Positions 13,151 through 27,045 of a DNA stretch of 64,000 nucleotides are shown one piece after another. Origin of the DNA: Camelus ferus (taxonomy: Eukaryota). The stretch spans positions 83,392,001 through 83,456,000 of the forward strand of contig NC_045696.1 in the NCBI RefSeq assembly GCF_009834535.1. Direction: 5' to 3'. A program made the translations under genes and the position numbers. Under the pieces are notes generated by a model. The model made no database searches. It saw nothing but the letters and a program-made list of their open reading frames with translations, and had not been told where the DNA came from. Positions within the stretch are counted from its first letter, which is position 1. Each line of letters begins with the position of its first letter.

Positions 13151-14459
13151 GCTGGGTGAAGAGTAATGCTTCCTATAAAGGATTCACTCCCAGCAGTACT
13201 CATGAAAAAACAATATCCCACACTCCAACAAAGACTGGGCATAGTATTTATTCAAAATACTTGTCAGTGTGATCATCCAAACAGTAGTTGATTTATTTAA
13301 TTCACCTGTCCTACATTCTCCTCCTCCTGACCTATACGGCCAACTCCGACCCACACCTCGGAGCAACAAAAGTGATTCGTGGTGAATCACTACCAAAATA
13401 CATCTTCTCAGCCCTTCCCCATCTTCAAAGTGGAGTGATAATGGGCCTCGCAGGCCTGCTGACTCAGTGAGGTGGACGGATTAAAAGAAAAGCACTTAGA
13501 AAAACAGATATTTTCAGGGGAAAGGACGCACGTATGGCTAAGTGCACACCATGCAGTCAGCTCACTCCCCTTTCTTCTACTGAACGGTGCTTTTACGGAA
13601 TTGACAAAGAGGGCACAGGGTTCATAAATAGACTCTCTAACAGCACTTTCCCTGCACTTCAGTTCAATTATCATGAATTAACTTTAAAAACAGCATTAAC
13701 TTTTCAGCATATACAATGTGCCCAAGAAAAACAACATATTTAGGAGTCCATTCTCTATAACTAAACTTTTTTCCCCTTTTGTTGAAACTAGTAAGTAGCC
13801 TTCAAGAAAGGGTTTCTAGTTCCACTGATGGGATGTCACTTATTTTAAAACTATGCCTAAGACTATCTCTGGTTTGAGACGGTTGGCTGATTGGACAGTG
13901 CAGATTTCTGAGGGAAAAGTATAGTCCATTTCTGGGCAGAAAAGTAGGTTAAAACATGTGAGAGAAAAGTCAGTTCCCTGGCCACACACACCACCTTGAT
14001 GCTCTGAGTCCTCAGGTCTACAGGTTTGAATCTTAACAGCTCACCTGCAGATGATGCGTGATTAATTTATAATTCACAATAATAATGTGACAATTACACT
14101 TTGTATAATTTCTAGAGCAGGACAAATTGTGCATTTCATTCACAGGTCCTCCTCTTGTCATCAGTATACTTCAGAAAAAAATGTGTAATTAAATTATGCC
14201 AATTCTCCAATTAGAGAGAATCACATCAGAATCAATTGAGAGGCCTTTTTCAAATTATACATCTTGGTAGTTTTCACTGTTTCACCTAGACATCCTAGCA
14301 TTATCCAGGAGCTGATGGCACATGGATCTGTCACTGATACGACATGAAGTGGTACCTCTCTGCCATGGTGAGAAAGACAAGGATGCCTATCATGGTATTA
14401 TAGCAAAGGAACTGAACTGTTCCATGAGTCATTCCAACCAGATTCTAGAAGGAGGTAAT

Positions 14460-14700
14460 GCCAGTAAGTACCTACTGAACACTTACTATGTGGTAGGACT
14501 GTACACTTATTAAGTCAGGTAATTTTATTTAATTTATTCCTTATAACAATCCTGTGGTGGTATCAGTGACCTCACTTCAAAGATGAGGAAAGAGGATAGA
14601 GTTTAAGCGATATTCCTAAGGATAGTTGGTTAAAAAGTGGCAAGATAGCATTGAACACATGTCTCCTGACCCCAGATCAAGTATCAAATCAGTTTTATAC
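14460..14700 (-). mobile_element. MIR SINE
   Basis: ctactgaacacttactatgtgg...ttataacaatcctgtgg...aagatgaggaaagagg. Confidence 0.8.
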
Positions 14701-17700
14701 TAGAGTGCACTTTTCTATTTTCCAAATACTTATATCCACTAGAGAGGGGTCTCTCCCCAACTTGAAAGTAAATTATTTTGTTTTTTATATCCCTTATTGC
14801 CAGTCAACCAGAACATTTATTTTAACATTACCTCAAGATGGAAGAAAAAATCTGATTATATTTTAGATAATATCTGGATGATACCATAACCTTTTCTCCT
14901 TGGATTTAGAAAATATCTCTATTTCTTAAAAGTCCTATGTTTCTATCAGCAACATCTGTGCAAACCTTTCTAGGTTAATATCTGTAGATGCAAACTGCAT
15001 ACATTTTGAATTGATTCCTATTATCTTTATTTTTATCAGGTGACAAGTTTTACCTGAGTCTATTAATTCTACAGCCATGTCTACTGCACTCAGATTGCAA
15101 AAATGTTCCTCTTTAATCTTATGTTCTACTCCTTTACATTGGAAAATACAATGTTTATTAAAAAAAAAAAAACACACATCTTTATCTAGAAATTTTCTCC
15201 TTTCCAGTCAAGAAGGAAGTTGCAAAGTTAGGAAATGACAGTATGAGAAATAAAAATCCAGTCTCTATACTACACCAAAACACCTCCACAACACTTGGCC
15301 CAAAACTGACAGACTACAAATGCATAATTTTATTTAAAAAAAAAAAAGAGTGTAAATTAATCAGTATATACAATTCACTTTGTCATTAGTTTAGCAGAAG
15401 CCAAAATTGACTTCTCAGCTGCCTTTACTTTATTCATTTTGGTAGTCCATCACATGCCAGTCAAGGACAAGAGGTCCCAAGCAATTGTATTTAGGACACT
15501 TCACCAGCATGCACTAGATGACTTAGAGTCTGGTGAGTAGGACACGTTAGAAGCTCTTGATCTTTTAAAATGAGAGACTTTCCCTCGGAAGCACATCTTA
15601 ATAAAGCAGAGATTTTTTATTGCAATTATTATTACTAAGACCATCTCTCAGTAGTCCTGGGGAAACATCTGTCCCCACTAATGAGTAGGACAGGACTTAT
15701 CTATTAAATCTGCCACCATATGAGTTCCCTGAGCTCAGAAAAGTGAATATAGGAAGCTTTCAAACCTTATTACAAAAAAAAAAAAAAAAAGTCATAGGTA
15801 AAGTTGGCTACATTTTGGTGTTAATACACCAGGCAAAAACCCTGTAAAGCAAGAAAAAAAAATATGCATATATCCTAATGAACTCAATGACTACTGTTGC
15901 ATCCTGAGAACTAAGTAAGTCTTGAATTTTACTAACCTCTCTCAGGATACACTCAGTTTTCTCCTTTGTAAGTAGATACCAAGCTTACAATCTTCAATGT
16001 CAAAGAATTTCCACTCTTGGACATTTATCATGTTTACTGTCAGCCTTCTCCACTGGTTTTCAGAATTGCCCATGCTCATTTGGCCCCAGATTTGGATATG
16101 GCACCTCTAAAACTGGGTTTCCCATTTTCCATCTCTGACCTTTAAAACGTTTTTTTCCATTCATGATTTTTTTCCCCTACATCTTCAGAGCACAGTGTCT
16201 TGGATCTAGAAATTCTCTACTCAGAGTGCTTCAATTTTGTTACAAGTGTGTGCATAGGTTTGAGGCACAGCACAACATTCTCCACTAGCATGTCTTCATG
16301 AAGAAAGTCTCTCCTCAATTGCAATAGTTACACTTGAGGAAAATCAGACGTGGATGATAAGAAAAGATCCCTCTCATATGTACTTAAGTCAAATGTTTAA
16401 TATCATTAAGGTCTATGCTCTCTGACCGTCTGAGGTCAAAATTTCTGCCACATTCACCCAGCACGTTATAATTTATGGAGAGCACGTAACACGTCAGACC
16501 TTGCTGCTTTCAACAGGTTAAGTGGTCTCCTGTCGCAGGAAGCATTCTCTACTCATCTGGGAATCATAGTTCTTAATAGCTGCCCTAAAATTATTGGTTT
16601 GAATCTAATCGAACTATTTTTGCCAGATATTTTCTTATAAAAATTAACAAAAAACTCATGGATTTTGTCTAATGAGCAAGCTTGTGGGAAGATGACGTGT
16701 GAGCAGCTTTATTACTATTAGGAAAAGTTGGGAGAGGCTTCTGGAACGATGGCTGGATGCCCTGATTAGGGCACCCTTCTTGGTTACCTCTGCCTTTCAC
16801 TGTCCCTGAGCTATTTAAAATCCTGTAAATTACAGAAAACAGAAAATATTCCAAATCACTCCTGTCTATGGAAATGCAAATGAATCGAGTCCTGTGAAAT
16901 GCAATTCATTATTGCCTCATGGACAGTTTTGCATCTATTTGTAAATTCATTGCAGCTTTCCTTATTGCTCATATATATGTTTTTGTGAATTCTCCTTTGA
17001 ACTATTTATAGCATCTTATTGGTTTTCTCATTAATTGAGTCAAATAAAATCTCTTGACATATTCATTTTACATTTGTATAAGAGCTGTGATTTTATCTTT
17101 TAAAAAAAAATTCTATTTTAGCAATACACTTCTAATTTTTTTCTAGCCAGATCATTGAAGTCAAGTGTTTCCATTAGCTTAATAGGTTATCTTAGAGACT
17201 TATTCCCTTTCTCAGGGAATAGTGAACATATTTTCTGACATGAAGCTTTTAATGGTACTGGAATAATAATTGGTACCCGAAGAATAATTTAATATATACT
17301 AGGAAAAAATTATAAAATAATGACATGAAATGTCCATTAAAATGTATCCTTTAAGCTACAAATAAAAGCCTAGGAATCAGTGGTTTTAAAATCATAATCA
17401 CAACAAAAGAGCAAAAGATTACATACTCCTATTCATGCTTGTTAGGACATTTTCAAGATTCATCTGTCCTTTCCAAACACTAAACAGGCCTATATATTGT
17501 TTTCTTCATATTTCGTATCTCTAAATTAAGAAGTATATTTTAAAATTCCTGTTTTAGGAATTGATCTCAGTAAGGAAAATCAGAATTCTTCAGTATCCAA
17601 CACCAAAGGTTCTAGCTGTGAAAATCTATACATTGAGAAAGAATCTACATAAGGAAAGAACTCTTTTTTAAGAGATCTTCTCCTGTATGACAAAATGTTA

Positions 17701-20659
17701 ATCGTCAGACTCTCAACCCATTCCCCAAACAGTTCTGCTGACCGTGACATCCTGGCGAATTTCCAAAAGAGGAAATTAATACTCTGTTCATAGCCGCTTG
17801 TGGGATTCTCTCTTTGGGGCAGTTAACATGATCTAAGGGAGGTGACAGAGCCGGTGTGTGTGTTTAAGATACTCATGTGACTATTCCCTCAGGTCCAGTT
17901 TTGCCCATGCTGGAAATAAACTCATCACTGGGAATTGTTTAAAATTGGAACATACTTTGCAACTTTATAAAACACCCAGAGCACAGAAAGGTGCTGCACA
18001 AAACTTTTTCCAACTTGCTTCATTAAGCCAATAAACCACAATGGTCCTTCAGGAGATATCAAAATTTATTGGACACAGCAAACGAGACTGAAGACCAGAG
18101 GGGTATGTAAGTGTGCTGAAAAAGTATTGGCATATTTTCACTCAGAAAATATCTGTAAAACTTATCAAATTTATGTAGAGATTCTAGCACAGACACATGA
18201 ATATTGAACCATAGAACTGCCTGTTTCTATGTTTTATTACTTATTTCATCAAAAGGAGTCTCTTTATCTAACCCTTAGACAACGGAATTACCACAATTAA
18301 TCTTTACAGTAATAACATGGTTTCAACAAATATTTGTGAATGGCCTTGGGAACTGTAATTTAAAAATAAATTTGATGAATGGTCATGCTTTTCAGAAGCC
18401 AGTCATTAAAGCCAAATGATAGTGTTACCTGCTTCACTGTTTGCCAAGATATATTAGACTAAAAACATGAAAAACAGTAACTCTGTAAGAGAAAGGGTTA
18501 GTCACAAAATATCAGGTGTATCATTTCATTTCTACATAGCACTTCTGAGCAAAAACAAAGAGATTGTTCTCTTTCACCAGGTGGGGGGAAATGAGTCTTA
18601 TCACCTCGCGCTGTTTTAGATGAACAGTCTCTCTGAACACTGAGTCAGGAGGTATTCTGAAGATGACCTCACTAGCCAAAACTTGCAGGAGGCAGTAATG
18701 ACCCAAGAGATGAATGTACCAGGCTTCATTTTCTGGGATTATCAACTTATTTAACAGAAATTATCCAGTAGAACAGATAGCTACCTAATGCATAAGAATG
18801 TACGCAGGAAAAAAAAATCCAAGACAACAAAGTCCTTTTGCTAACTATCTATGCGGAGGTAACTGTAAAATGAAAACAGAGATTATAGCTTTTGGCCTAA
18901 TATATTTATTCTGTAAGAAATGGACTTGTCCTTACTTAATTCATATAGGCAAATTCAATACTGAATTATAAAAAATATATGAATATTAATGGAAAAAATT
19001 TCAATTTGACCTGTTTGCTATTTGCTTGATAGAAAAAAAGACATATGTAGTTAACCTCTTCAAGAATAAAGGAAAACTGTATTCTTATTTTAAACGATGG
19101 CCTTTGCCTGAGTTCAGAAACTGTGTTTACTGACCTGTATGCCCACACTTAAGGTAGGCTTTCTTTTCTGGTCGATAAGGAGTGACTTCAAAGAGCATAG
19201 AAGATTCAGAGAAAGTAGAAGACATAAAATTAACTATTCCTTCTTTGATCTCACAGTTTCCTGATAATTATCCAGTTAAAGGGCACAGTTACTTTGTTCT
19301 GATAACAAAGAGAACCATTTATCAAGGTCAGTAAAAGGATGAATAAGTTATTTTGCTGAAAAAGAAAGCGAGAAAGTGAAATTAAGAAATGATTTAAAAG
19401 TTGACATTTCAACTGATGGATGGAAGTAAAAGTCCAAGGGCAACCACGTCATGTAAGTTGTTTTAAAACACCTCAAATGAATTAGAACATCTCTGTTTCA
19501 GGTGTGATTCTAACCATTGTTTTTATGGCATTTGTGAAAAAGCTGTTTCACTGTAGATAAAGCATACACATTTGAATCTCAGTATCCCAAACTACATGGT
19601 CTATATATATTTCACAACATAAACCAAAGAAACATCACATTAGTAAAAGAAATAAAAATAAAAATATCTCCAAAGAGTTTTATTTGGGTCAATAAAAGAG
19701 GATGATAAAGGCTTTGCCATCAAATCTATATTAAGAAATTGTACTTTCAAAAAGGTATAGTGGTTTCTATAAAATCTAGTGAAATGATCTACTCCAGACT
19801 ACTTTAAGAGAAAGACAAATCAACAATGTTTTTAGTCCTATAAAATGAATATTTATTACATTACTTGGAGATTCACCAAAATTCAATTTTAATTCACAGA
19901 AATCCTATAGAACTCCTAACTGACCTCCTGGCATTTCCAATCACAAGATTCCATTCACGAGCTCAATTCTTTTAAATATTGTGCAGTTAAAACTGAACTA
20001 AAGTTTTTTGCCCACTTCCACCACAGTCATAGGGAACTGAGTTTGAAACAAACTCAACTTGAATTCCGTTGGCATATATGATTAATTGGCTCAAAAATTA
20101 GAGCCGAGATGGTTACTTAAACCTAATATATGAAATGTTATCACAAATAATAATATAATGATATAATAATCTCATTAATGCTGGAAACTTTTGATGACCT
20201 CAGGGCCCATGGCACAGAATTATCCATGGGTTTGTACTTTAAAATAGTTCATTTGACAGTTCAGTGATTAACTTCATTTGTATAAATCTCTCCTTCATCA
20301 CCAAAATAGAAACACACACAAAATAAAATGAACTTCCTTTCAAGTTTCAAACAACAGAGAGTTAATAATGTTCTGATTTAATTGGCCGAGGCTTATAAGA
20401 TTTTATCTTGTTTGTTACTTTCTAGTTTTTTCTTAACTGCTATAAATTCTGACTAAAATTCTTACAGACATAATCATCACTCTACTAACAGAAGTATCTG
20501 CTTTTCTTCAGAATTGGAATTTTTCATTTAAATTAAAACTCTATCTAGTCATTGGTGTTCAAGCCATTAATAAGCTAGCTAGGCAAACAACTATTAATTA
20601 TTTATAGTAAATGAAAGTACACTCCAACATAGACTTAAAATTATTTTTAATAATATATG

Positions 20660-22110
20660 TTCAACAGGAAATTTTAAAAACAGAATTTTAAAAAGTATAA
20701 TCTCAATACCCAGAGATAACCACTATTCACAAATGACCATCGAAGACTACCTTATTTTATTTTGAATACAATTTTTGGAGATTGTAAGCAATTTATGAAT
20801 TCTAGGGTAAGAGAGAATTTTCCCTTAAGGAAATCTTACTTTTGCAAGGGATGACTTTTGCAAGCTTTTTAGTTAATCAGGCATTTGGTTGGTACACTTC
20901 CACTGTTAGGGGTTCTTTGCAGAGTTAGACAATATTTTTGTCCCCTAAATCCACATTTGGTTTATCCGATGATAAAATGTATCCTTGGTGCATGATGTAC
21001 TCTTACACAAGCACTGGGTTGCAGAGAAACTTGGGGATTCAATCATGGCAGACAGGACATGTCTTCCCCATCAGCCCCCCATCACTTCAGAGTCTAGGGG
21101 CTTATGACCTGGACGGCACTGTCGTCCTGCATCAGTGCTAGTTAAGACTGAATGACTTCGGGAAGTGTGCTGTGGCTACTGTGATTATCATAGAGGTCAT
21201 GAGGATCCATGCATCCTATTTATGAGAAAAATTTCCTCTGCGGGAAGTGAATGTTTCCATCATCAACCACTCTGGACCAGAACATTGAGGGGGAATTTGA
21301 CTTCAGGCAGAAAAGTCTTCTTCCTCTTTTTATGGCTCTCCCTGGCTGCACTGCATTAAGACCAGATTCTAGATATGAACCTGCCTGGAAATTCCCATTT
21401 CTGGGAATTAAGCTAGTATGTGGAGACCTTCTGAGAAGGCTAATAATAGGAGATTACATTCGGATTGTTAACTGCTGTGAGTCGCCACTGACAGGAGCAA
21501 ATCTGTGCTCTACTTCTATTACTCCTATGGCGTTAGCAAAGTCTGGAGTGATTGTGCTGTGGGGGCATTAGAGAGAGAAGGGTCCCCACTCCTAGACTGG
21601 TCCAGCAGCTAATAATCATTAGCTACCAGCCAGTCCCAGAAAGTGGAGATCTCACAAGCTCCATCAGGCAGCAAGGTCAAGATGTGAAGACCAGAACAAA
21701 GGCCAGAGAAGGACCTGTTACAAAACATTAGTAGACCTACCCACAAGCAACTCTCAGAGATAACTGATGGGCCTGCTTTCTGGCCGGTTGGCTGGTGTAT
21801 AGACATAACATATAGTAAAAAATCACATTTTAGGCTGGTAAGATTGATGGCAGATGTGAATGCATATGTAAATGTGTCATTATATCTACTTTCAGTTTTG
21901 TATTCTGCTTTTGCTTTTAACATAGTACTATAATGTAAGCATGTGTTTATGTCACTAAATTGTCATTGAATATATACTTATATTGGCTGCATAATATTCC
22001 TCTGTATGAATACTATAATTTGATCATGTCCCTTTATTAAGGATTTAAGTTGTATTTTCCTATTAAATAATTTTATGAATATTTTTCTGCATCTGTGATC
22101 ATTTTCTTAC
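20660..22110 (-). mobile_element. L1ME3-like 3' fragment in two pieces (about 20660-20733 and 21793-22110) around a ~1 kb insert
   Basis: Left piece acccagagataaccactattcaca; right piece tggtgtat...ttttgtattctgctttt...ggctgcataatattcc continues the same consensus. Confidence 0.6.
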
Positions 22111-22639
22111 CTCAATCAGAATTCCTGACTCTGCCTAAGGTGGGAGCAGGGGGCGGTCTACACCTAGGATAGGAAATACGAGGAGAGGAAACACAAATTT
22201 GGCTGTCCATAACAGGGTCTGAAAGGGAAACTGGGGCACGGAGGTAACTTCTTATTCTCTCATAGCACGGGAGCATGTCTTATTTCTGTTCCTCACTTCC
22301 GGTCTGCTGCATTGCCCTGAATATCTCCTCGTAGCCATTTATTTGCTTACTTGTGATTCTTCTTTCCCCAAATTGAGTTTCTCAGTGATTCCAGCCTTCT
22401 TGCATGAACCCAAGCCCCATATTAAGATCAAGTTTCTTCTTCCATCTAACTGGAATAGTTTCTATAATACAAAGTCAAAAATCACACACTAAAATGTTCA
22501 GTTGGTACAGTAAGCACAGTACTCATTTTATGTGAGTTAACGACGAGTCCAGTTATTTACGGGCAGAGGGGTGAGGTCTTATATTTTATAAAGCTGTTCT
22601 TACCAGTTGTTCCACTTCATTCTGGTTCTGCTAAGAGGC

Positions 22640-23030
22640 AAAACTGGGTATCAACTGAAATTGGATAAAATGTTTATAATAGTCTGTCTTCAGATGTAAA
22701 GACATGGTATTTCTCCATTTGATTGAATCTATGAAAAAAATCTGCAGATATTTGCTGGAAGGTATTATGTATTGCATATTAGGGTAATTTCTGGATTTTT
22801 TCTGCAATTCAGAATAGATTGATATCTTCTCATGGTTATCGATTATTACTAGGCTACAGAAAAATATTACTACAATTATTTTTGCTTTGCCATTTTCTTA
22901 AATTCCTTTATTCCAATTCTAAGAATTTTCATGATGATTCTATTAGATTTTCTGGGTAAAGAATAACATTATTTTCATATAATGATAATCACATAACTCT
23001 TTTCCAATAATTATATCTCCATTCTTGCCT
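22640..23030 (-). mobile_element. Ancient L1 ORF2-region fragment
   Basis: gattctattagattttctgggtaaagaataacattattttcatataatgataat...cttttccaat is antisense L1 ORF2-like; no intact frame. Confidence 0.55.
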
Positions 23031-23500
23031 CTGATCTGAGCTCAAAAATTGGATAATCAGAGGCCAGTTAAAACTGCACCTGAATATTTATTAAGCACAC
23101 TGATCTTCAAGTGCTGTTCCCCATCAGTGCTCCTCACAAGGGCTTTCTTTCTCACCACCCATCTCATTTCTTAGGCCAAAAACATAGGAGAAATCTTTGG
23201 TTTCTCTTTGATTCCTCACATCTTACTACCAGCCATCATTCTGACCTGTTAGTTATCCTCCAAAATATATCCCAGCTGAATCATTCTCATTATCTATAAA
23301 CTGACCATCCTACCCGAAGCCACCATTATTTGTCACCTGAACTACTGTAATGATTCCCTAATTGGCTTCTCTCTTTTCTCCACGCTCCTTCGTTCATGAT
23401 CAAACAGAGTGGCCAAGGTGATTCTTCTAAGATATAAACCACATCAAGATATATTCCTGCTTAAAATCATCAAAATCACTCATTAAAGTCAGAATTTTCT
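23030..23500 (+). mobile_element. L2 LINE fragment
   Basis: cttaggccaaaaacatagg...tctttgattcctc...cacctgaactactgtaatgattccctaattgg...cagagtggccaaggtgattcttcta. Confidence 0.75.
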
Positions 23501-24589
23501 ACACTTTAGCTAAGGGAAGAATTCTAGTACCCGATGAGTGGAAGAGCTATGCATTGTGAAGCACCAGATGTCCTATGTTGAAAGCTTATCTTGAAAGAAG
23601 AGGTCCCTCCATCAAAGAAGGGAGATGGAGAGAATTCTGGTGTCACTTGGTCTCTCCAATATTGATGTTCCTCATACCAGATGTGCCTTTGCCTTCGCAG
23701 CACTTGATTACTTAGGCTAACACAGTCTACATTTCTGCCTGAACAGATCTGAATTCGGTTCCTCTCACCTGATGGAGTCTCAACCACTCCAATCAATGTG
23801 GAATACTCTGGGATGAACTTTAAACATCAGACAAATAAAGCCTTTTCCTTCTTGAGTAAATTCTAATAAGCATTAGTTTTTCTTGAAAACAGAATAGAAT
23901 CTATTTTGGACAATACCTATAAGCGAAACATCTAGATGGTGTATTCATTTCTGGTTCTGGTTCTTGTCCCAGGATCAGGCCCAGCAGTGTTCATGCTTCT
24001 GACACCTACTAACCAAGTGGCATGACTGGAGCAGCAGCAATAAAAGTTACCAAGGAAGGAGAGCATCAGGGACAGGATCTCCAGGACTGACAGCAGGGAC
24101 AGCCAACAGCATGACAACAGTAATGACAGAAGTTGGGGGACCAATGCCTACAACTGAGTATAGAAAGAAAGAAAAATGAATAGGCTTAGAGTTGTGGAAC
24201 TAAGATGGAATTGAGGCAAACCTGAACCAAGGGGCTCAGGAAGCTGATCAGAGGAAATAAGTCTAGACTGGAGACTCACAATTTCACCCACAGTAAACAG
24301 AAAGGGTAACAATATGGACATCATTAAGAAAGAGCATTCTTAATAGGGCTTTAGGTAAGTTAACAGATATTCAGAGGCCCACCCAGCAATATTTTGTCTT
24401 TATCAATATAAGGAGTATTAAATACTAAAAATTAATCACTATAAATAAGAGTCCCCGTTCTGGACTTTTAGAATTAGGATGGCTTGACTGATGCAAAACA
24501 GCCTGGATTGTAATTATTGTGTCCTTTGATGTTGCATTCGTAGATCAATTCTATGAGGCTGTTCATCTGATTTTTGGGCTTAAATGACA

Positions 24590-24810
24590 ACAAAAAGAAC
24601 TTAGGCTAATGATGAAAAAATCTTTTTTGACAGTTCAAGTTATTAAACACTGAAATAAGTTATAAAGGAGATTATTGAATCATTTTCTCTCAAAGCCTAA
24701 AAGAAAGCATAGATTCCCATCTCACTGGGATGACTTAATAAGAGCGGCTTTTATTGGAGACAGATGGAGGACTGAATAACTGCCAAATTCCTTCAAATTT
24801 GATGATTCAA
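24590..24810 (+). mobile_element. CR1/L3-like 3' end fragment
   Basis: ttttttgacagttcaagttattaaacactgaaataagtta...ggactgaataactgccaaattccttcaaatttgatgattc. Confidence 0.55.
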
Positions 24811-26769
24811 AGCCTATGCAATTCAAAAAAGGCTGAATTATGTGACAGAGTTCTTCACAGGCACCAGAAGTCTACATCTGAAAGCCACCCTCAAGCGCTC
24901 ATCACTTCTGCATTTTCATTTCTAACTCAAGACTGTGGTGGGAAGATATAAGGAAGCAGGGATAAACAGAGGAGAAGATATAAAAGGATATTTATTACAT
25001 ATTCTGTATTTACTTATCTGGGACTATCAGCATTAGAAGTGGTATGTCATGAGCACAAATTACAAATCTTATATAGGCTTTGACAATTCTGCCTAGGGCA
25101 AATGTTATCACCCATGGTCTATATAAAGCACTATCATCATGGCACAATTGTACTTTGACTCACATCATAAACAACAGATTTGTCATTTGGGGAGACAGAG
25201 AAGAAACCCTCTAAGTAAATGAAAAAAATTTTTAAATATCACAAGTTAACATTACAACATGGATACTTAATGGTTCCAGGTATATGCCAGGAAGCTGGCT
25301 TGAATAAAATCACCTAAGACTACTCAAAAAAATATGTTTAAGCATAATTTTAATAAGTGGTTTCTGTAATGTTTACCTAAAACATTCAGAAGCTGTGTTC
25401 TTTTAAAATGGAAATTGAGAGAATTATTTTATTAGTTTGTGGGAAGTATTAAGTTTTTCTAGCAAGGTTTCTTTTTTTTCTTAGACCCTGGCTTTTTTTT
25501 TTCCATATATACTAAGTACTTAAAAAACTTATTCTCAAAGAAATCTCATATCTATAACTGAGCTTTTGATCTTATCAATTTAGTGATTGGATAGGGAAAG
25601 ATAAAAATCTAAGTTTAATAATACCAATGAAGAAAATGCTCGAAAAGTGTGAATTGCTTTGAGACTTAAATATTAAGTTGGACCACAGAGACAATATAAA
25701 TGCAAAGGCAAAAATTGGAAGGAAAAGGATTTCTAAGAAAAACGATTTCAGGTTCTCAGTGAAGTTACCCAACAAATTACAAAAGATATATTGCTTTTTG
25801 GAAAGAAAAAAAAAAGCAAGAAAGAAATGAAGGAAAGATGAAAAGGGAGGGGAGAAAAGAAGGGAGGAAGGGCAAAAAGGAAGATGCTGGTACATCTTGA
25901 ATCACTGAAATTGTAGGCACAAAAAATATAATTCGTTCAGCAACTTTAATAAACAGCATCATCGCTGATGACTTCTTGGAACCAAACAAATGACTAGTAA
26001 ATCTTAAGTATACCAAGCTGCCTGTGAACACACAACTGTAGTGACAATACATAAAGCACTACAGAGTAAATGGCGCATCACTGTGATTCAGTGCTTGCTG
26101 TCTTTTCCACAAAGATACATATATGACCAAAGGCGATGTGTGAGTGATTCTGGGAGGATACTGAAGAGACACTGGGCAAATCTACACAGCTATATAAATC
26201 CACTCTCATCCGTAGATAATTTAGAGGCAGAAATAAACCATGTTATTATAACACAATGCAGCCACTCTCAGTACCATAAAGACAATAAACATCAAAAAGA
26301 CATTTTGAATGGCTCTATGAAGTCATAATGGAAATAACTTTCATATGGAAAACGCTCAAGCACTGTTTTCAAAGATTAATTCACTTGAAATTGATTTATT
26401 TAAAGCCATTTCCAACTCCTGCATCCTGACATGCTTGGTTCTTGGTCATTAAGCAATGAAACCTTTTGATGTTCGACCACATAATCACATTAGTAAAACT
26501 GAAATGTACAGCAAAGAATTTTATTTAAAAAGTATAACTGCCAAAAGAAGGTGGAAATTAAAAGCATTTCTACCCAATCACTGAAAGCCGTGTTCTCAGT
26601 AACTTCCTGGCTGAAAGTGCCTGCGACTACAATCTCTGTACCAGTATTTAAAAGAGAGCAAACAGCACTCTTTTACCACTCACTGCTAATGCACACAGTT
26701 TGCAGTTAAGTAGGAGAAATTGGTTATTATGACTAAAATTGATTCAGGTCTATGGAATATTATCCTGAA

Positions 26770-27045
26770 ATTACAGCAGGAGCCCAGAAATGACCCCAGC
26801 TCAGGTCAGAGTAGTTATCTTTATTTTACCACTTCTTCATTATCTGACTTTTTGGACAAGTTACATAAAGCTTTGTAAGCCTTTGTAACAGTTTTTTCAT
26901 CGTAAAAATGGGAGATATCATGTCTACATTATAGGTTTCCCATGGGAACTGACTACAGTAATGTGTATGGAGGAGCACTGACAGCTGAGCCTAACCTAGA
27001 CAAAGCCCCCCACCCCCCCACAAATGTTAAATATTACCCATTAGT
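26770..27045 (+). mobile_element. MIR SINE
   Basis: ttggacaagttacat...cagttttttcatcgtaaaaatgggagatatcatgtctac. Confidence 0.7.

Noticed and set aside
16789..16850. Possible 35 nt minus-strand exon (ttacag|GATTTT...GCAGAG|gtaacc)
   Set aside because: Weak donor, not frame-preserving, and no recognisable peptide.
23930..24290. Possible old LTR-like segment (similar unassigned patches at about 54.9-55.5 kb and 63.3-63.7 kb)
   Set aside because: I could not match termini or a family with confidence, so it is left unannotated.
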